This document shows, piece after piece, positions 1-9,667 of a stretch of 64,000 nucleotides of DNA (the stretch's first letter is position 1; each line of letters begins with the position of its first letter). This DNA comes from an uncultured Halanaerobiales bacterium (GTDB taxonomy: Bacteria; Bacillota; Halanaerobiia; Halanaerobiales; M55B127): positions 5,699-69,698 of the forward strand of contig CAYSHP010000006.1 in NCBI GenBank assembly GCA_964430875.1, in the 5' to 3' direction. The position numbers and the translations under genes were made by a program. The notes beneath the pieces are model-generated. The model was not told the DNA's origin. It saw only the letters and a program-made list of their open reading frames with translations, and did no database searches.

Positions 1-567
1 AATGTTATCAGAACTATCTCCCATCAGACCTTTCATATCTATTAATTGGTCGGGTCTAAGTTCATATTTTTCTTTTACTTTTTCAATATCATATTCAACT
101 ATATCTGTTATACCCTTACGAGTATAAATTACATTTATATATTCATCAATTAACTGTAAAGCATCCCTATCACCAGTTACAATCTTTACATTTATATTTT
201 TTTGTGCAGCTTCTTTAGCCATAGTACCAATTACATCATCTGCTTCATAACCTTCTTTTTCGATGATCGGAATATTTAAAGACCTTAAAACATCTTTAAT
301 TAGATCAATCTGAGGTATTAATTCATCAGGTGTCTTTTTACGACCAGCTTTATAATCCTCATATTCTTCATGACGAAAAGTAGGTCCTTTTAAATCAAAT
401 GCTACAGCTATATGATCAGGTTTTTCTTCATCTATTATTTTAAAAAGCATTCTTGAAAATCCAAAAACAGAATTTGTGTATTCACCGGATTCGGTGGTTA
501 AGAGAGGTAAGGCATAAAAGGCTCTGTGGGCAAGGCTGTGTCCATCTAGTAGATATAATTTCTCCAT
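1..567 (-). CDS. polA: DNA polymerase I, N-terminal 5'-3' exonuclease domain (partial, continues past window start)
   Basis: Reverse-strand ATG at 567 with GAGGAG SD upstream. Translation reads MEKLYLLDGHSLAHRAFYALP..GEYTNSVFGF..GYEADDVIGT.., typical of the Pol I/FEN 5'-nuclease domain. The frame is open to position 1. Cannot distinguish full PolA from a stand-alone exonuclease. Confidence 0.8.
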   Translation of the reverse strand, partial: MEKLYLLDGHSLAHRAFYALPLLTTESGEYTNSVFGFSRMLFKIIDEEKPDHIAVAFDLKGPTFRHEEYEDYKAGRKKTPDELIPQIDLIKDVLRSLNIPIIEKEGYEADDVIGTMAKEAAQKNINVKIVTGDRDALQLIDEYINVIYTRKGITDIVEYDIEKVKEKYELRPDQLIDMKGLMGDSSDNI

Positions 568-933
568 TATATATCATCTCCTCTAAGATATTATATTCCT
601 GAAAGAATAGGAAATCCCTGCTAATATGAGAGAAGAGTAAAAATAATAAGGAATAAATATAATATCTAGGATTTAACTTTATTTTGTATTTATTATTATA
701 TGTTTATTATAAATAATGTATAAAATTTTTATAATTATTTAACTAATTAACAAGCTAAATTATATATATGCCACAAAAAAACCGCTGTTATAAAAATGAA
801 GTATAGCGATTATTTATTACCTCTTATAACTTTCTGTTATTATGAGTATTTTACTCCATTTAAAATAAAAAGTAAAGTAAATTTCTTAATTTCTAATCTT
901 TATAAAATTCTGAAAAATATGCTTGAAAAACAA

Positions 934-954
934 TTCCCGGCTAAAAGCCGGGAA
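934..954 (-). terminator. Rho-independent terminator after the Cys-rich ORF
   Basis: TTCCCGGC-TAAA-GCCGGGAA hairpin directly after the stop at 961. It is followed by a T-rich tract on the minus strand. Confidence 0.7.
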
Positions 955-960
955 TAATTC

Positions 961-1158
961 CTATGAGTGTAATTCCACAAAATATTCAATAGATCTATCA
1001 TATGTCTTTTCAGCTTCATCAGGAAAAAAACAGGCTGGTAATTCATTCATCTTTTTATGATACCTTATACATTCACAACATTTTCCTTTACGGGGACATG
1101 GTTCATATGTACAGTTACAATAATCCATATTTGCTTCATGATTTTCACAAGTTGCCAT
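961..1158 (-). CDS. Small Cys-rich protein (65 aa), function unknown
   Basis: Intact ORF with a dense Cys pattern ([25 protein letters not shown]) suggesting metal or cluster binding. It has its own terminator. Probably a conserved DUF of anaerobic Firmicutes, unverified. Confidence 0.55.
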   Translation of the reverse strand: MATCENHEANMDYCNCTYEPCPRKGKCCECIRYHKKMNELPACFFPDEAEKTYDRSIEYFVELHS

Positions 1159-1223
1159 ATAACCACCTCTTGATTTATTAAAGTATTTCTATAGTTTAAA
1201 TTTATAACTTTAATATTAATCTG

Positions 1224-1466
1224 TCAAGAATTGTCCATATCTTCTAAGCATTTTTTGCAAACCTGTTTTCCCATATAGTTGATAGTATTATCAGTATTAT
1301 CACAGAATAAACAACCTGGTTCATATTTCTGTAACACTATCATATCTTCTTCTATAAATATTTCTATAGAATCTTCACTTTTTAAATTTAATGAATTTCT
1401 TAATTTTTTTGGAATTACAACTCTACCCATTTCATCAATTCTTCTTAAATTACCTGTTGCTTTCAT
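1224..1466 (-). CDS. AbrB/SpoVT-family DNA-binding protein with C-terminal CxxC..CxxC zinc-ribbon-like tail
   Basis: N-terminus TGNLRRIDEMGRVVIPKKLR is the SpoVT-AbrB swapped-hairpin motif. C-terminus has CLFC..CKKC. Start moved to the Met at 1466, 6 nt after GGAGTG. Confidence 0.75.
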   Translation of the reverse strand: MKATGNLRRIDEMGRVVIPKKLRNSLNLKSEDSIEIFIEEDMIVLQKYEPGCLFCDNTDNTINYMGKQVCKKCLEDMDNS

Positions 1467-1583
1467 TACCATCACTCCAATTCTTTCTACATACTAACAT
1501 CTGATGGTAATCTCTGCAATAGAAAAATATCATTTAAAACTACAAATCAATATTTTTTGAATTAGATCATAAATTTTCTTATA

Positions 1584-2027
1584 TTATTTGTCGATTTTTA
1601 TCGGATCTCCTGCTTTAATAGTACCTCCTTTAATTACTTTAGTGAAGATACCTTCTTCAGGCATAATACATTTACCAACCTGTTTAAGTATCTCACAACC
1701 GTGATGGCATTCTTTACCAATCTGTGTTACTTCTAACTTTACTTCATTACCTATATTTAAAATAGTACCAATTGGTAATTCATATAATGTAATACCTTCA
1801 GTTGTTATATTTTCTGCAAAATCACCAAAATCAAGATTAAAGTCTAATCCCATTTCTTCCATTTTATTAATGCTTTCTATACCTAATAAACTTACTTGCC
1901 GATGCCATTTGCCGGCATGAGCATCTTCTTTTATTCCAAAATTTTCTATTAATTCCGCTTCTTTAATATCTTCCTTTTTAGTACCTTTTTCACGGCTAAT
2001 ACATACTGCTTTTACTTTTCCATCCAT
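1584..2027 (-). CDS. MOSC domain protein (molybdenum cofactor sulfurase C-terminal-like)
   Basis: Sequence VKAVCIS..GIKEDAHAG.WHRQVSLL plus position at the end of the moa operon. Start chosen at the Met immediately after the moaC stop (TAAaATG). Confidence 0.7.
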   Translation of the reverse strand: MDGKVKAVCISREKGTKKEDIKEAELIENFGIKEDAHAGKWHRQVSLLGIESINKMEEMGLDFNLDFGDFAENITTEGITLYELPIGTILNIGNEVKLEVTQIGKECHHGCEILKQVGKCIMPEEGIFTKVIKGGTIKAGDPIKIDK

Positions 2028-2028
2028 T

Positions 2029-2514
2029 TTATCTCTCACCTTCTTTTCTGATATAATGACCACTTTTCCCACCAGATTTTTCAATTAATCGAATGTCCCC
2101 TATTACCATATTTTTTTCTACAGCTTTACACATGTCATATATGGTCAAAGCAGCTGTAGATACACCATTTAAAGCTTCCATTTCTACACCAGTTTTATCA
2201 TAAGTTTTTACCGTCACTGTAATTTCAATACTATTTATCGTTTTATACTCAAAATCAACTTTTATACCACCTATAGAAATCGGATGACACATTGGAATTG
2301 TATTAGCAGTATTTTTGACAGCCATTATTGCTGCAATCTTAGCAGTATCTAAAACCGGTCCTTTTTTAATGTCATTATTTTTAATTAAATTAAGTGTTTT
2401 TTCATTCATATTTATGATACCTTTTGCAGTTGCTTTACGATTTGTCTTTGTTTTATTAGTAACATCAACCATCTGAGGATTACCATCTTTATCGATATGA
2501 CTAAACCCGCTCAT
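2029..2514 (-). CDS. moaC: Cyclic pyranopterin monophosphate synthase MoaC
   Basis: FSHID..GNPQMVDV..K..T.R.A.A, MCHP and GVEMEAL motifs typical of MoaC. GGAGG SD 8 nt before the ATG at 2514. Confidence 0.9.
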   Translation of the reverse strand: MSGFSHIDKDGNPQMVDVTNKTKTNRKATAKGIINMNEKTLNLIKNNDIKKGPVLDTAKIAAIMAVKNTANTIPMCHPISIGGIKVDFEYKTINSIEITVTVKTYDKTGVEMEALNGVSTAALTIYDMCKAVEKNMVIGDIRLIEKSGGKSGHYIRKEGER

Positions 2515-2518
2515 TGAC

Positions 2519-3466
2519 TTAACCTCCAATACTGTTCATATTTTTCTTGCTATTTTCGAAAACTTCCTCATATCCATAATGAGGGCTCTTTATTTTTATA
2601 GAATTCAATAACACTTCTTTAATTTTATCCTTATTATAAAGACCTTTATTATCATAAAGTGAAGTTTCTTCTTCTTTGAGTAAACAAGAACGAATATTCC
2701 CATCAGCAGTTAATCTTAATCGATTACAATTTTCACAAATGTTATGACTAAAAGCAGATATAAAACCTAACCGACCTTTTAGCCCTTTCACTTTATAATA
2801 GATAGCAGGTCCATTGCCTTTAACTTGCTCTGGAATTAATTTTTGATCTTTTGATATAACATTTTTTATTTCATCAATTGAGATATGATTTCCTTCTCTT
2901 TTCCCACTCCCAATAGGCATATATTCAATAAATCTTAGTATAATATCTTTTTTATTCATAAAAGATAAAAACTTATTTATATTTTTATCATTAATACCTT
3001 TAATCAATACTGTATTTACTTTAACAGGGCTTAAATTTAGTTCTTTTGCTTTATCTATACTTTTTATAACATTATCTAATTGGTCCAGGCCGGTAATTTG
3101 CTTATACTGACTTCTATCTAAGGTATCTAAACTTATATTAACACGATCTAATCCTTTTTCTTTTAATATTTTAGCTTTTTTATAAAAATTGACTCCATTA
3201 GTCGTAAGACTAATTTCTTGAATCTTATCAATTGAATTTATTCTTTCAATAAGATCTTCTAAACCCAATCTTACCAGGGGTTCTCCACCTGTGATTCTTA
3301 CCTTGGTAATTCCGATTTCAGAAGCTACTTTAGTTACTTTATAAATATCTTCATAACTCATGATATCATCATGTTTTTTTAACTGGATACCATTTTTTGG
3401 CATACAGTAAAAACACCTTAAATTACATCTATCTGTTATAGATATTCTCAGATAATTTACATCCAT
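2519..3466 (-). CDS. moaA: GTP 3',8-cyclase MoaA (radical SAM)
   Basis: YLRISITDRCNLRCFYCMP radical-SAM CxxxCxxC motif. C-terminal CxxCNRLRLTADG second-cluster motif. Confidence 0.92.
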   Translation of the reverse strand: MDVNYLRISITDRCNLRCFYCMPKNGIQLKKHDDIMSYEDIYKVTKVASEIGITKVRITGGEPLVRLGLEDLIERINSIDKIQEISLTTNGVNFYKKAKILKEKGLDRVNISLDTLDRSQYKQITGLDQLDNVIKSIDKAKELNLSPVKVNTVLIKGINDKNINKFLSFMNKKDIILRFIEYMPIGSGKREGNHISIDEIKNVISKDQKLIPEQVKGNGPAIYYKVKGLKGRLGFISAFSHNICENCNRLRLTADGNIRSCLLKEEETSLYDNKGLYNKDKIKEVLLNSIKIKSPHYGYEEVFENSKKNMNSIGG

Positions 3467-3479
3467 AATATCTTCCTTT

Positions 3480-4508
3480 CTAATCTACTTTACCAAAAGA
3501 ACAATGTGGATACTGACAAACTGGACAATTATGGCATAATCCTCCATAAGATAATTGAATTAATTTATTTTTGGTGAATTTTTCACCAGCAAGTATTCTC
3601 GGATAAACTATATCAAATACAGTTACCTCTTCAAATATTACACAAGCTGGTAAACCTAAAATGGGAATGTCATCTAAGTATGCAACCATTAATTTATTAC
3701 CTGGTAAAACAGGTACCCCATATTTTATAACATTCGCTTTAGTTTTCCTAATTCCTGCTGGAGTTACATCATCTGGATCTACTGACATACCTCCTCCAGT
3801 CAATATCACTTCTGCTCCTTGTTTTTTTAAATCAATTATTGCATCTTTAATCATATCTGGATTGTCAGGAACATATTTATGATCCAGTAATTTACCGCCC
3901 CATCTACTAAACTTTCTTTTTAAAGTAGGTAAAAACTTATCTTCTATACGACCTTTATAGACCTCATTTCCTGTAACTACTACTCCCACTTTATAATCAT
4001 TAAAAGGAATGATTTTAAACAATCTGCTGTTATTTAATATTTTTTCTACTCGCGTTATCTTCTCTTTTTCTATGGTTAAAGGATTAATTCTTACTCCTGC
4101 AATTATTTCATCTTTTTTGACTGGTACTTTATTTTGACCAGTTGTAATTAATATATCATCCTCAGTATTTGCTTTAAATAGAATACTCTTATCTATTTTT
4201 AAAATTCCATCAACTTTTGATATTAATGAAATCTTACCTTCTTGTGGTTCACTTAGTTTAATATATTTACTTTTTAATTTTTCTGCCATAATTTCAGCTG
4301 CTTCATCTTCATGTAAATTATTGTCATCAAGCTCTAATACATATATATTTTCTTTACCCATATCTTTTAATGTTTCAATATCTTCTATTTTTATTACATC
4401 GCCTTTTTTAAATCTTACCCCCTTAAATTCATCAGGGATAATCTGGGTCATATCGTGTACTATAACCTTACCAACGGCTTTATCAACTGATATTTTCTTT
4501 ATATTCAT
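3480..4508 (-). CDS. Molybdopterin-binding protein (MoCF-biosynthesis domain, MoeA/MogA-related) with C-terminal Cys cluster
   Basis: VVVTGNEV..LTGGGMSVDPDDVTPAG matches the MoaB/MogA/MoeA-domain-III signature. C-terminus has CHNCPVCQYPHC. Start set at MNIKK (GAGGTGG SD). Confidence 0.65.
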   Translation of the reverse strand: MNIKKISVDKAVGKVIVHDMTQIIPDEFKGVRFKKGDVIKIEDIETLKDMGKENIYVLELDDNNLHEDEAAEIMAEKLKSKYIKLSEPQEGKISLISKVDGILKIDKSILFKANTEDDILITTGQNKVPVKKDEIIAGVRINPLTIEKEKITRVEKILNNSRLFKIIPFNDYKVGVVVTGNEVYKGRIEDKFLPTLKRKFSRWGGKLLDHKYVPDNPDMIKDAIIDLKKQGAEVILTGGGMSVDPDDVTPAGIRKTKANVIKYGVPVLPGNKLMVAYLDDIPILGLPACVIFEEVTVFDIVYPRILAGEKFTKNKLIQLSYGGLCHNCPVCQYPHCSFGKVD

Positions 4509-5145
4509 TAATTTCCACCTCTTTTTCATTTTTAAAACTTAAAAATTGATTTCCTAAAAACCTAGCTTCTTTTATACTATGAGTTACATAAATAAAAGGA
4601 ATATCCCATTCTTTTTGTATCATTTTAATTTCTCGCATTAATTTATTTTTTAGATTATAATCTACAGAGGATAATGGTTCATCTAATAATAATAATTCAG
4701 GTTCTATCATTAATGCTCTTGCTAAAGCCACCCTTTGTTTTTCTCCTCCAGATAATGTGGTGGGATATCTATCTTTTAATTCAGATATATGAAATTTTTC
4801 CATTAACTGAACTATTTTATGAATATCTTTTGCTTTATCCCTTTTTCCATAAATTATATTTTCAAATACATTGAGGTGGGGAAAAAGAGCATAATCCTGA
4901 AATATGTAGCCTATTTTTCTTTTAAATGTTTTAACATTTATGTTTTGCTTTGCAGAATAAAGTACCTTATTATTTAGTTTTATATACCCTCTATCCGGTG
5001 TATCTAATCCCGCTAAACAGTTTAAGATAGTTGTCTTACCGGAACCAGAGGGGCCAAAGAAAACTAATATATCATTATCTAATTGAAATTTTTTATCTAT
5101 CTTTTTACATCCAAAATCTTTTATTAGTTTAAAATCAAGGACCAT
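4483..5145 (-). CDS. modC: Molybdate/tungstate ABC transporter ATP-binding protein (short form, no TOBE domain)
   Basis: Walker A GPSGSGKTT, signature LSGGEKQRVALARAL, Walker B LLLLDEP. Sits downstream of modB. Confidence 0.8.
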   Translation of the reverse strand: MVLDFKLIKDFGCKKIDKKFQLDNDILVFFGPSGSGKTTILNCLAGLDTPDRGYIKLNNKVLYSAKQNINVKTFKRKIGYIFQDYALFPHLNVFENIIYGKRDKAKDIHKIVQLMEKFHISELKDRYPTTLSGGEKQRVALARALMIEPELLLLDEPLSSVDYNLKNKLMREIKMIQKEWDIPFIYVTHSIKEARFLGNQFLSFKNEKEVEINEYKENIS

Positions 5146-5945
5146 TAATTAATCCCTCCATATTTATATAAACTTTTATTATAAAACTGTAAAATACCCA
5201 TTATTAAGATAGAAAAAATGATCATAACAATAGATACTGTAACTGCCATTTCTAAGTCCCCTGTGGTCATATTCAGATAAACAGCAACCGGTAGAGTTTC
5301 AGTTTTAAATCTAGTCGCTCCTGCTAACATTACTGTTGCTCCAAATTCCCCCATAGCCCTTGCCCAGGCTGTGGTTATACCCGTAATAATTCCATCTTTT
5401 GATAAAGGAAGTGTAATATTTTTAAAGACTTGAAAATGATTATCCCCTAATGTCATAGCAGCTTTTTCTAGTTTTGGGTCAATATTAGAAAATGCAATCT
5501 TTAAACTTCTAATTAATAATGGTGCAGCTACCACAAACTGAGCCATTACTATACCTAACCTTGTAAAAACAAAGTTTAAACCTAATTTTGCTAATTGGTT
5601 GCCCCCAATTGGGCCTAATAGTACTAAAAGGCTCAAGCCTAAAATTATCGGTGGCAATACTAAAGGTATATCTAATATGATGTCTATTAATTTTTTAAAT
5701 TTAAATTCATAACGAGACAGTACATAGGCGGTTGGTAAACCAAACAAAACAGCTAATATTACTGCACTAATTGAAGTGGTAATACTTAAAATCAATGAAA
5801 AAGTTACTTCTCGACTGTGTAATAACAGATTTAATAAATTTGTAGTTTTAATATAAAGAGTTGGTGAAATCAACACCAAAATAATAAAAATAACAAATAA
5901 AGTAAAAATTCCTGACATAATTAATTTAAAAATATTATATCTCAT
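5145..5945 (-). CDS. modB: Molybdate ABC transporter permease
   Basis: Polytopic membrane protein with the EAA-type loop (EKAAMTLG). Lies between modA and modC. Confidence 0.8.
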   Translation of the reverse strand: MRYNIFKLIMSGIFTLFVIFIILVLISPTLYIKTTNLLNLLLHSREVTFSLILSITTSISAVILAVLFGLPTAYVLSRYEFKFKKLIDIILDIPLVLPPIILGLSLLVLLGPIGGNQLAKLGLNFVFTRLGIVMAQFVVAAPLLIRSLKIAFSNIDPKLEKAAMTLGDNHFQVFKNITLPLSKDGIITGITTAWARAMGEFGATVMLAGATRFKTETLPVAVYLNMTTGDLEMAVTVSIVMIIFSILIMGILQFYNKSLYKYGGIN

Positions 5946-6712
5946 GGTTTTACCTGCTCTATTTTTATATTATAACCCCAGTTTTCAAATATTTTTCTTG
6001 ATTTTTCACTTAATACAAAATTTATGAACTTTTCAGCTAATTCTTTATTATCACTGAACTTTAATTTTCCAATACTAATTTTTTTAATAACATTTTTCTC
6101 CTTTGGAATATCAACCAAACGTAGTTTCTCTTTGCTTTCATGATAATTCGCCTTCCATACTATACCAGCTTGCGCTTGATTCATTATAATATACATTCTT
6201 ACTTTATTGACAGTTTCAGCTTTTGATATTATATTATGTTCAATCTCAGACTTTATGTTATTTTTTTGAAATATTTCTTCAGTTGTTTTACCAATAGCAG
6301 CACTGGGATCAGCTACTATTAACTTTTTATCTGGTTTTAAAAGGTCTTTAAATTTATTTATATTACCAGGATTACTTTCCGGAACTATAATCACTGGAGT
6401 ATGTTCCGCTATATTATGATAAGATTTAATAATACTTTTTTTATATAGATCACTTAAATACCAATTATCTGCAGCTATATATATATCACCTTTTTTTAGG
6501 GTTTCAATCTGGTTTTTTAATACACCTGATCCATTAAACTGTAGATGCATATCAATACCATATTCTTTTTGAAAATTGTCAGTTATCTCTTCCATTGGTT
6601 TGATTAAGCCTGCTGCTGAATATATTAATAATTTCTCATCAGCATATGTATTAGTAGTAATTAATGATAAGCTTAAAATAATAAGAACAGAAATCAATAA
6701 TTTATTCTTCAT
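5942..6712 (-). CDS. modA: Molybdate ABC transporter substrate-binding protein
   Basis: Signal peptide MKNKLLISVLIILSLSL. YSAAGL...FNGSG matches the ModA-type anion-binding pattern. Start set at 6712 (AGGAG SD). Confidence 0.8.
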   Translation of the reverse strand: MKNKLLISVLIILSLSLITTNTYADEKLLIYSAAGLIKPMEEITDNFQKEYGIDMHLQFNGSGVLKNQIETLKKGDIYIAADNWYLSDLYKKSIIKSYHNIAEHTPVIIVPESNPGNINKFKDLLKPDKKLIVADPSAAIGKTTEEIFQKNNIKSEIEHNIISKAETVNKVRMYIIMNQAQAGIVWKANYHESKEKLRLVDIPKEKNVIKKISIGKLKFSDNKELAEKFINFVLSEKSRKIFENWGYNIKIEQVKP

Positions 6713-6730
6713 ATTATTATATCTCCTTTT

Positions 6731-6762
6731 ATTCGTTATTCCCGACCACATATAGCGATATC
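6731..6762 (-). promoter_or_regulatory. Candidate ModE-type molybdate-responsive operator
   Basis: Minus strand reads ATCGCTATAT-GTGGTCGGGA-ATAACGAAT, an inverted repeat CGCTAT..ATAACG. It lies between the predicted -10 and the modA SD. It resembles the E. coli modA operator half-sites as I remember them. No modE gene is in the window. Confidence 0.35.
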
Positions 6763-6788
6763 AAAAAAATATGACTAACTTGATAAAC

Positions 6789-6817
6789 ATTATAACATAT
6801 ATAACTCAATTTATCAT
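6789..6817 (-). promoter_or_regulatory. SigA-type promoter of the mod-moa operon
   Basis: Minus strand: ATGATA, 17-nt spacer, TGtTATAAT (extended -10). About 75 nt upstream of modA. Confidence 0.5.
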
Positions 6818-6905
6818 TATATAATTAACACAAAATATCATATATATATTTAATACATTCCTATAATAAATATTATATCTGTATATTTGAATGTATAAAT
6901 AACTA

Positions 6906-6934
6906 TTGACAGGTATTAAAGGGTGTGTTAAAAT
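6906..6934 (+). promoter_or_regulatory. SigA-type promoter of nifS-nifU-mnmA
   Basis: TTGACA, 17-nt spacer, TGtTAAAAT. About 65 nt upstream of the nifS ATG. Confidence 0.55.
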
Positions 6935-7000
6935 TCAACTGTAATTCTGATTATTTTACTCAAGTTTATGTTTTGGATTATTTTAATTGGAGGTCTAAAA

Positions 7001-8170
7001 ATGAATGATATTTATTTTGATCATGCAGCAACAACCCCTATGCATCCTGAAGTCATTGAAACAGTTAATAAATATATGAAAGATTATTATGGTAACCCTT
7101 CTAGCATATATCAAACCGGCCAACAGGCTCAAAATGAAATTAGAAAAGCCAGACAAGAAATAGCTGATTATATTAATGCTGAGGATTTTAGGAAAATTAT
7201 ATTTACTAGTGGGGGTACTGAATCAGATAATCTTGCAATTAAGGGAATTGCTTTAGCCAATAAAAATAAAGGTAATCATATTATTACATCAAAAATTGAA
7301 CATCATGCTGTTTTACATACTTGTGAGTATCTAGAGAAATATCATGATTTTAATATAACTTATATAGATGTAAATGAAAAAGGTTTTATTAGTTTAGAAA
7401 ATATTAAAAATGCTGTAAATGACCAGACTATATTAGTTTCAATTATGGCTGCCAATAATGAAATTGGTAGTATTCAACCCATTAGAAAAATCGGTCATTA
7501 TTTAAATGAGAAAGAAATCTATTTCCATACTGATGCTGTCCAGGCTTTTGGCCAACTTGATATTGATGTACAAAAGATGAATATAGATCTTTTATCAGCC
7601 TCAGCTCATAAGGTAAATGGTCCCAAAGGAATTGGATTACTTTATCTTAAAAAAGGATCGAAATTAGTTCCCCAGATGAACGGTGGATCTCAAGAAAGAA
7701 ATCGTAGAGCTGGAACAGAAAACTTACCTGGTATAATGGGGTTTAAAAAGTCTGTAGAAATTTTAAAAGAAACTAAAGAAAAGAAAGTTAAAAATAATAC
7801 TTATCTACGAGACAAAATAATCAAGGGTATTGAAGAGAATATTGAGAATGTACTTTTAAATGGCCCACGAGGAGATAAACGCTTATCTAATAATATAAGC
7901 TTTTGTTTTAAAAATGTTGAAGGTGAATCTTTATTGTTGAATTTAGATATGATAGGTATTGCTTCTTCAAGTGGTTCTGCTTGTGCTTCAGGATCCGTAG
8001 ATCCTTCTCATGTCCTTTTAGCGATAGGACGCGATAAAAATACTGCACGTGGTTCACTAAGACTTTCATTAGGTATTAATAATTCAGAAAAAGAAGTAAA
8101 CATTTTAATTGATAAATTACCCGATATAATAGAGAGAATTAGAAAAATGTCACCTTTAGGTGAAAATTAA
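7001..8170 (+). CDS. nifS: Cysteine desulfurase (NifS/IscS type)
   Basis: YFDHAATTP, PLP-lysine motif SASAHKVNGPKG, active-site SSGSACASG. Start set at MNDIY (GGAGG SD). Confidence 0.92.
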   Translation: MNDIYFDHAATTPMHPEVIETVNKYMKDYYGNPSSIYQTGQQAQNEIRKARQEIADYINAEDFRKIIFTSGGTESDNLAIKGIALANKNKGNHIITSKIEHHAVLHTCEYLEKYHDFNITYIDVNEKGFISLENIKNAVNDQTILVSIMAANNEIGSIQPIRKIGHYLNEKEIYFHTDAVQAFGQLDIDVQKMNIDLLSASAHKVNGPKGIGLLYLKKGSKLVPQMNGGSQERNRRAGTENLPGIMGFKKSVEILKETKEKKVKNNTYLRDKIIKGIEENIENVLLNGPRGDKRLSNNISFCFKNVEGESLLLNLDMIGIASSSGSACASGSVDPSHVLLAIGRDKNTARGSLRLSLGINNSEKEVNILIDKLPDIIERIRKMSPLGEN

Positions 8171-8194
8171 TCTTAAAAAGGAGTTTACATAGAT

Positions 8195-8545
8195 ATGTAT
8201 ACCAAAGAAGTTATGGAACATTTTCAAAATCCTAGAAATGTTGGAGAGTTAGATAATCCAGATCTAATAGGAGAAGCAAGCAATGATTCACACGGTGATA
8301 TTATAAAATTATATATAAATACAAAAGATAATATTATTACTGATATTCGTTTTAAAACATTTGGCTGTGCAGCTGCTGTCGCGACCAGCAGTATGTTTAC
8401 AGTTTTAGCAAAAGGCAAAAAAATTAATGAAGCATTAGAAATAAGTAAACAGGATATAGCAGATGCTTTAGGAGAACTACCGAATAACAAGATGGAATGT
8501 TCCAATCTTGCACCAGATGCTTTTAAAAAAGCAGTTGAAGATTAA
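8195..8545 (+). CDS. nifU: Fe-S cluster assembly scaffold NifU/IscU
   Basis: HFQNPRNVG, conserved cluster-ligand Cys (FGCAAA.., ECSNLA). Confidence 0.9.
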   Translation: MYTKEVMEHFQNPRNVGELDNPDLIGEASNDSHGDIIKLYINTKDNIITDIRFKTFGCAAAVATSSMFTVLAKGKKINEALEISKQDIADALGELPNNKMECSNLAPDAFKKAVED

Positions 8546-8591
8546 AGAAATAAATATAAAAAAAATAAATTTAAAAGGATGAAATGTATTT

Positions 8592-9665
8592 ATGAAAAGA
8601 GTTTTAGCAGCAATGAGTGGTGGTGTGGATAGTTCTGTTACCGCTGCCTTATTAAAAGAAAAAGGTTATGAAGTAGTTGGGGGAACAATGGAAATATTTC
8701 CAGACTATGAACAAAAACCCCTTGTTGAAGGAGGTTGCTGTTCATTATCTTCTATTGAAGATGCAAAAATGGTAGCCTCTAAAATCGGCATACCCCATTA
8801 TACTTTTAATTTAAAAGATGTTTTTCAAAAAGAAGTTATAAATAATTTTGTAAATGAATATAGTCAGGGAAATACCCCTAATCCCTGTATAGTTTGTAAT
8901 AAAGAAATTAAATTTAAAGCCCTTTTAACTAAGGCTTTTCAAATTGGAGCAGATTATATTGCAACTGGTCATTATGCAAAGATAAAAAAACATGGAAATA
9001 GATATTTCCTTAAAAAAGCACTAGATAGTTATAAGGACCAAACATATATGCTGTATGGCTTTACACAACATCAATTGAAACACACATTAATGCCACTTGG
9101 TAATTATTCTAAAAAAAGAATCCGTAAGTTAGCAAAGCAAATGAATTTTTCTGTTCATAATAAACCTGATAGTCAGGAAATATGTTTTGTTGCAGATAAT
9201 GATTATACTAGATTTTTAGATGAAAATTATCCAGGAACGGGAGATAAAGGACCTATTTTAGATACTGAAGGTAATCAATTGGGAACCCATAATGGCTTAT
9301 ATAATTATACAATAGGTCAAAGAAGGGGATTAGGTATTTCTGCTTCTTATCCCCTATATGTTATCAAATTGGATAATAAAAACAATGCCGTTATAGTTGG
9401 TAAAGATAAAGATGTTTACTTTAATGGTTTGATCGCAGAAAATATTAATTATATTTCTGTTACAAAGTTAACTCAAAAAATAAATGCAAATGTTAAGATT
9501 AGATATAACAGCCCTGAATTTAAAGCAAAATTAATTCCAATAACAGAACAAAAAATTAAAGTCAAATTCGACAAAAAACAACGAGCAGTTACTCCTGGTC
9601 AATCAATAGTATTTTATGATAATGATAATGTACTAGGTGGTGGGATAATTAAAACTGCTATCTAG
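8592..9665 (+). CDS. mnmA: tRNA 2-thiouridine(34) synthase MnmA
   Basis: PP-loop AMSGGVDSS, NPCIVCN, ATGHYA, DQTYML motifs. Confidence 0.92.
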   Translation: MKRVLAAMSGGVDSSVTAALLKEKGYEVVGGTMEIFPDYEQKPLVEGGCCSLSSIEDAKMVASKIGIPHYTFNLKDVFQKEVINNFVNEYSQGNTPNPCIVCNKEIKFKALLTKAFQIGADYIATGHYAKIKKHGNRYFLKKALDSYKDQTYMLYGFTQHQLKHTLMPLGNYSKKRIRKLAKQMNFSVHNKPDSQEICFVADNDYTRFLDENYPGTGDKGPILDTEGNQLGTHNGLYNYTIGQRRGLGISASYPLYVIKLDNKNNAVIVGKDKDVYFNGLIAENINYISVTKLTQKINANVKIRYNSPEFKAKLIPITEQKIKVKFDKKQRAVTPGQSIVFYDNDNVLGGGIIKTAI

Positions 9666-9667
9666 TA

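Noticed and set aside
600-930. Long AT-rich intergenic region containing GTATAGCGAT, similar to the ModE-like half-site
   Set aside because: It is a single half-site with no inverted partner at the right spacing. It is not next to a molybdenum-related gene and is likely a chance match in AT-rich DNA.
1279-1497. 72-aa plus-strand ORF overlapping the AbrB-like gene
   Set aside because: It is antisense to the AbrB/SpoVT gene, which has the diagnostic swapped-hairpin motif and a good SD.
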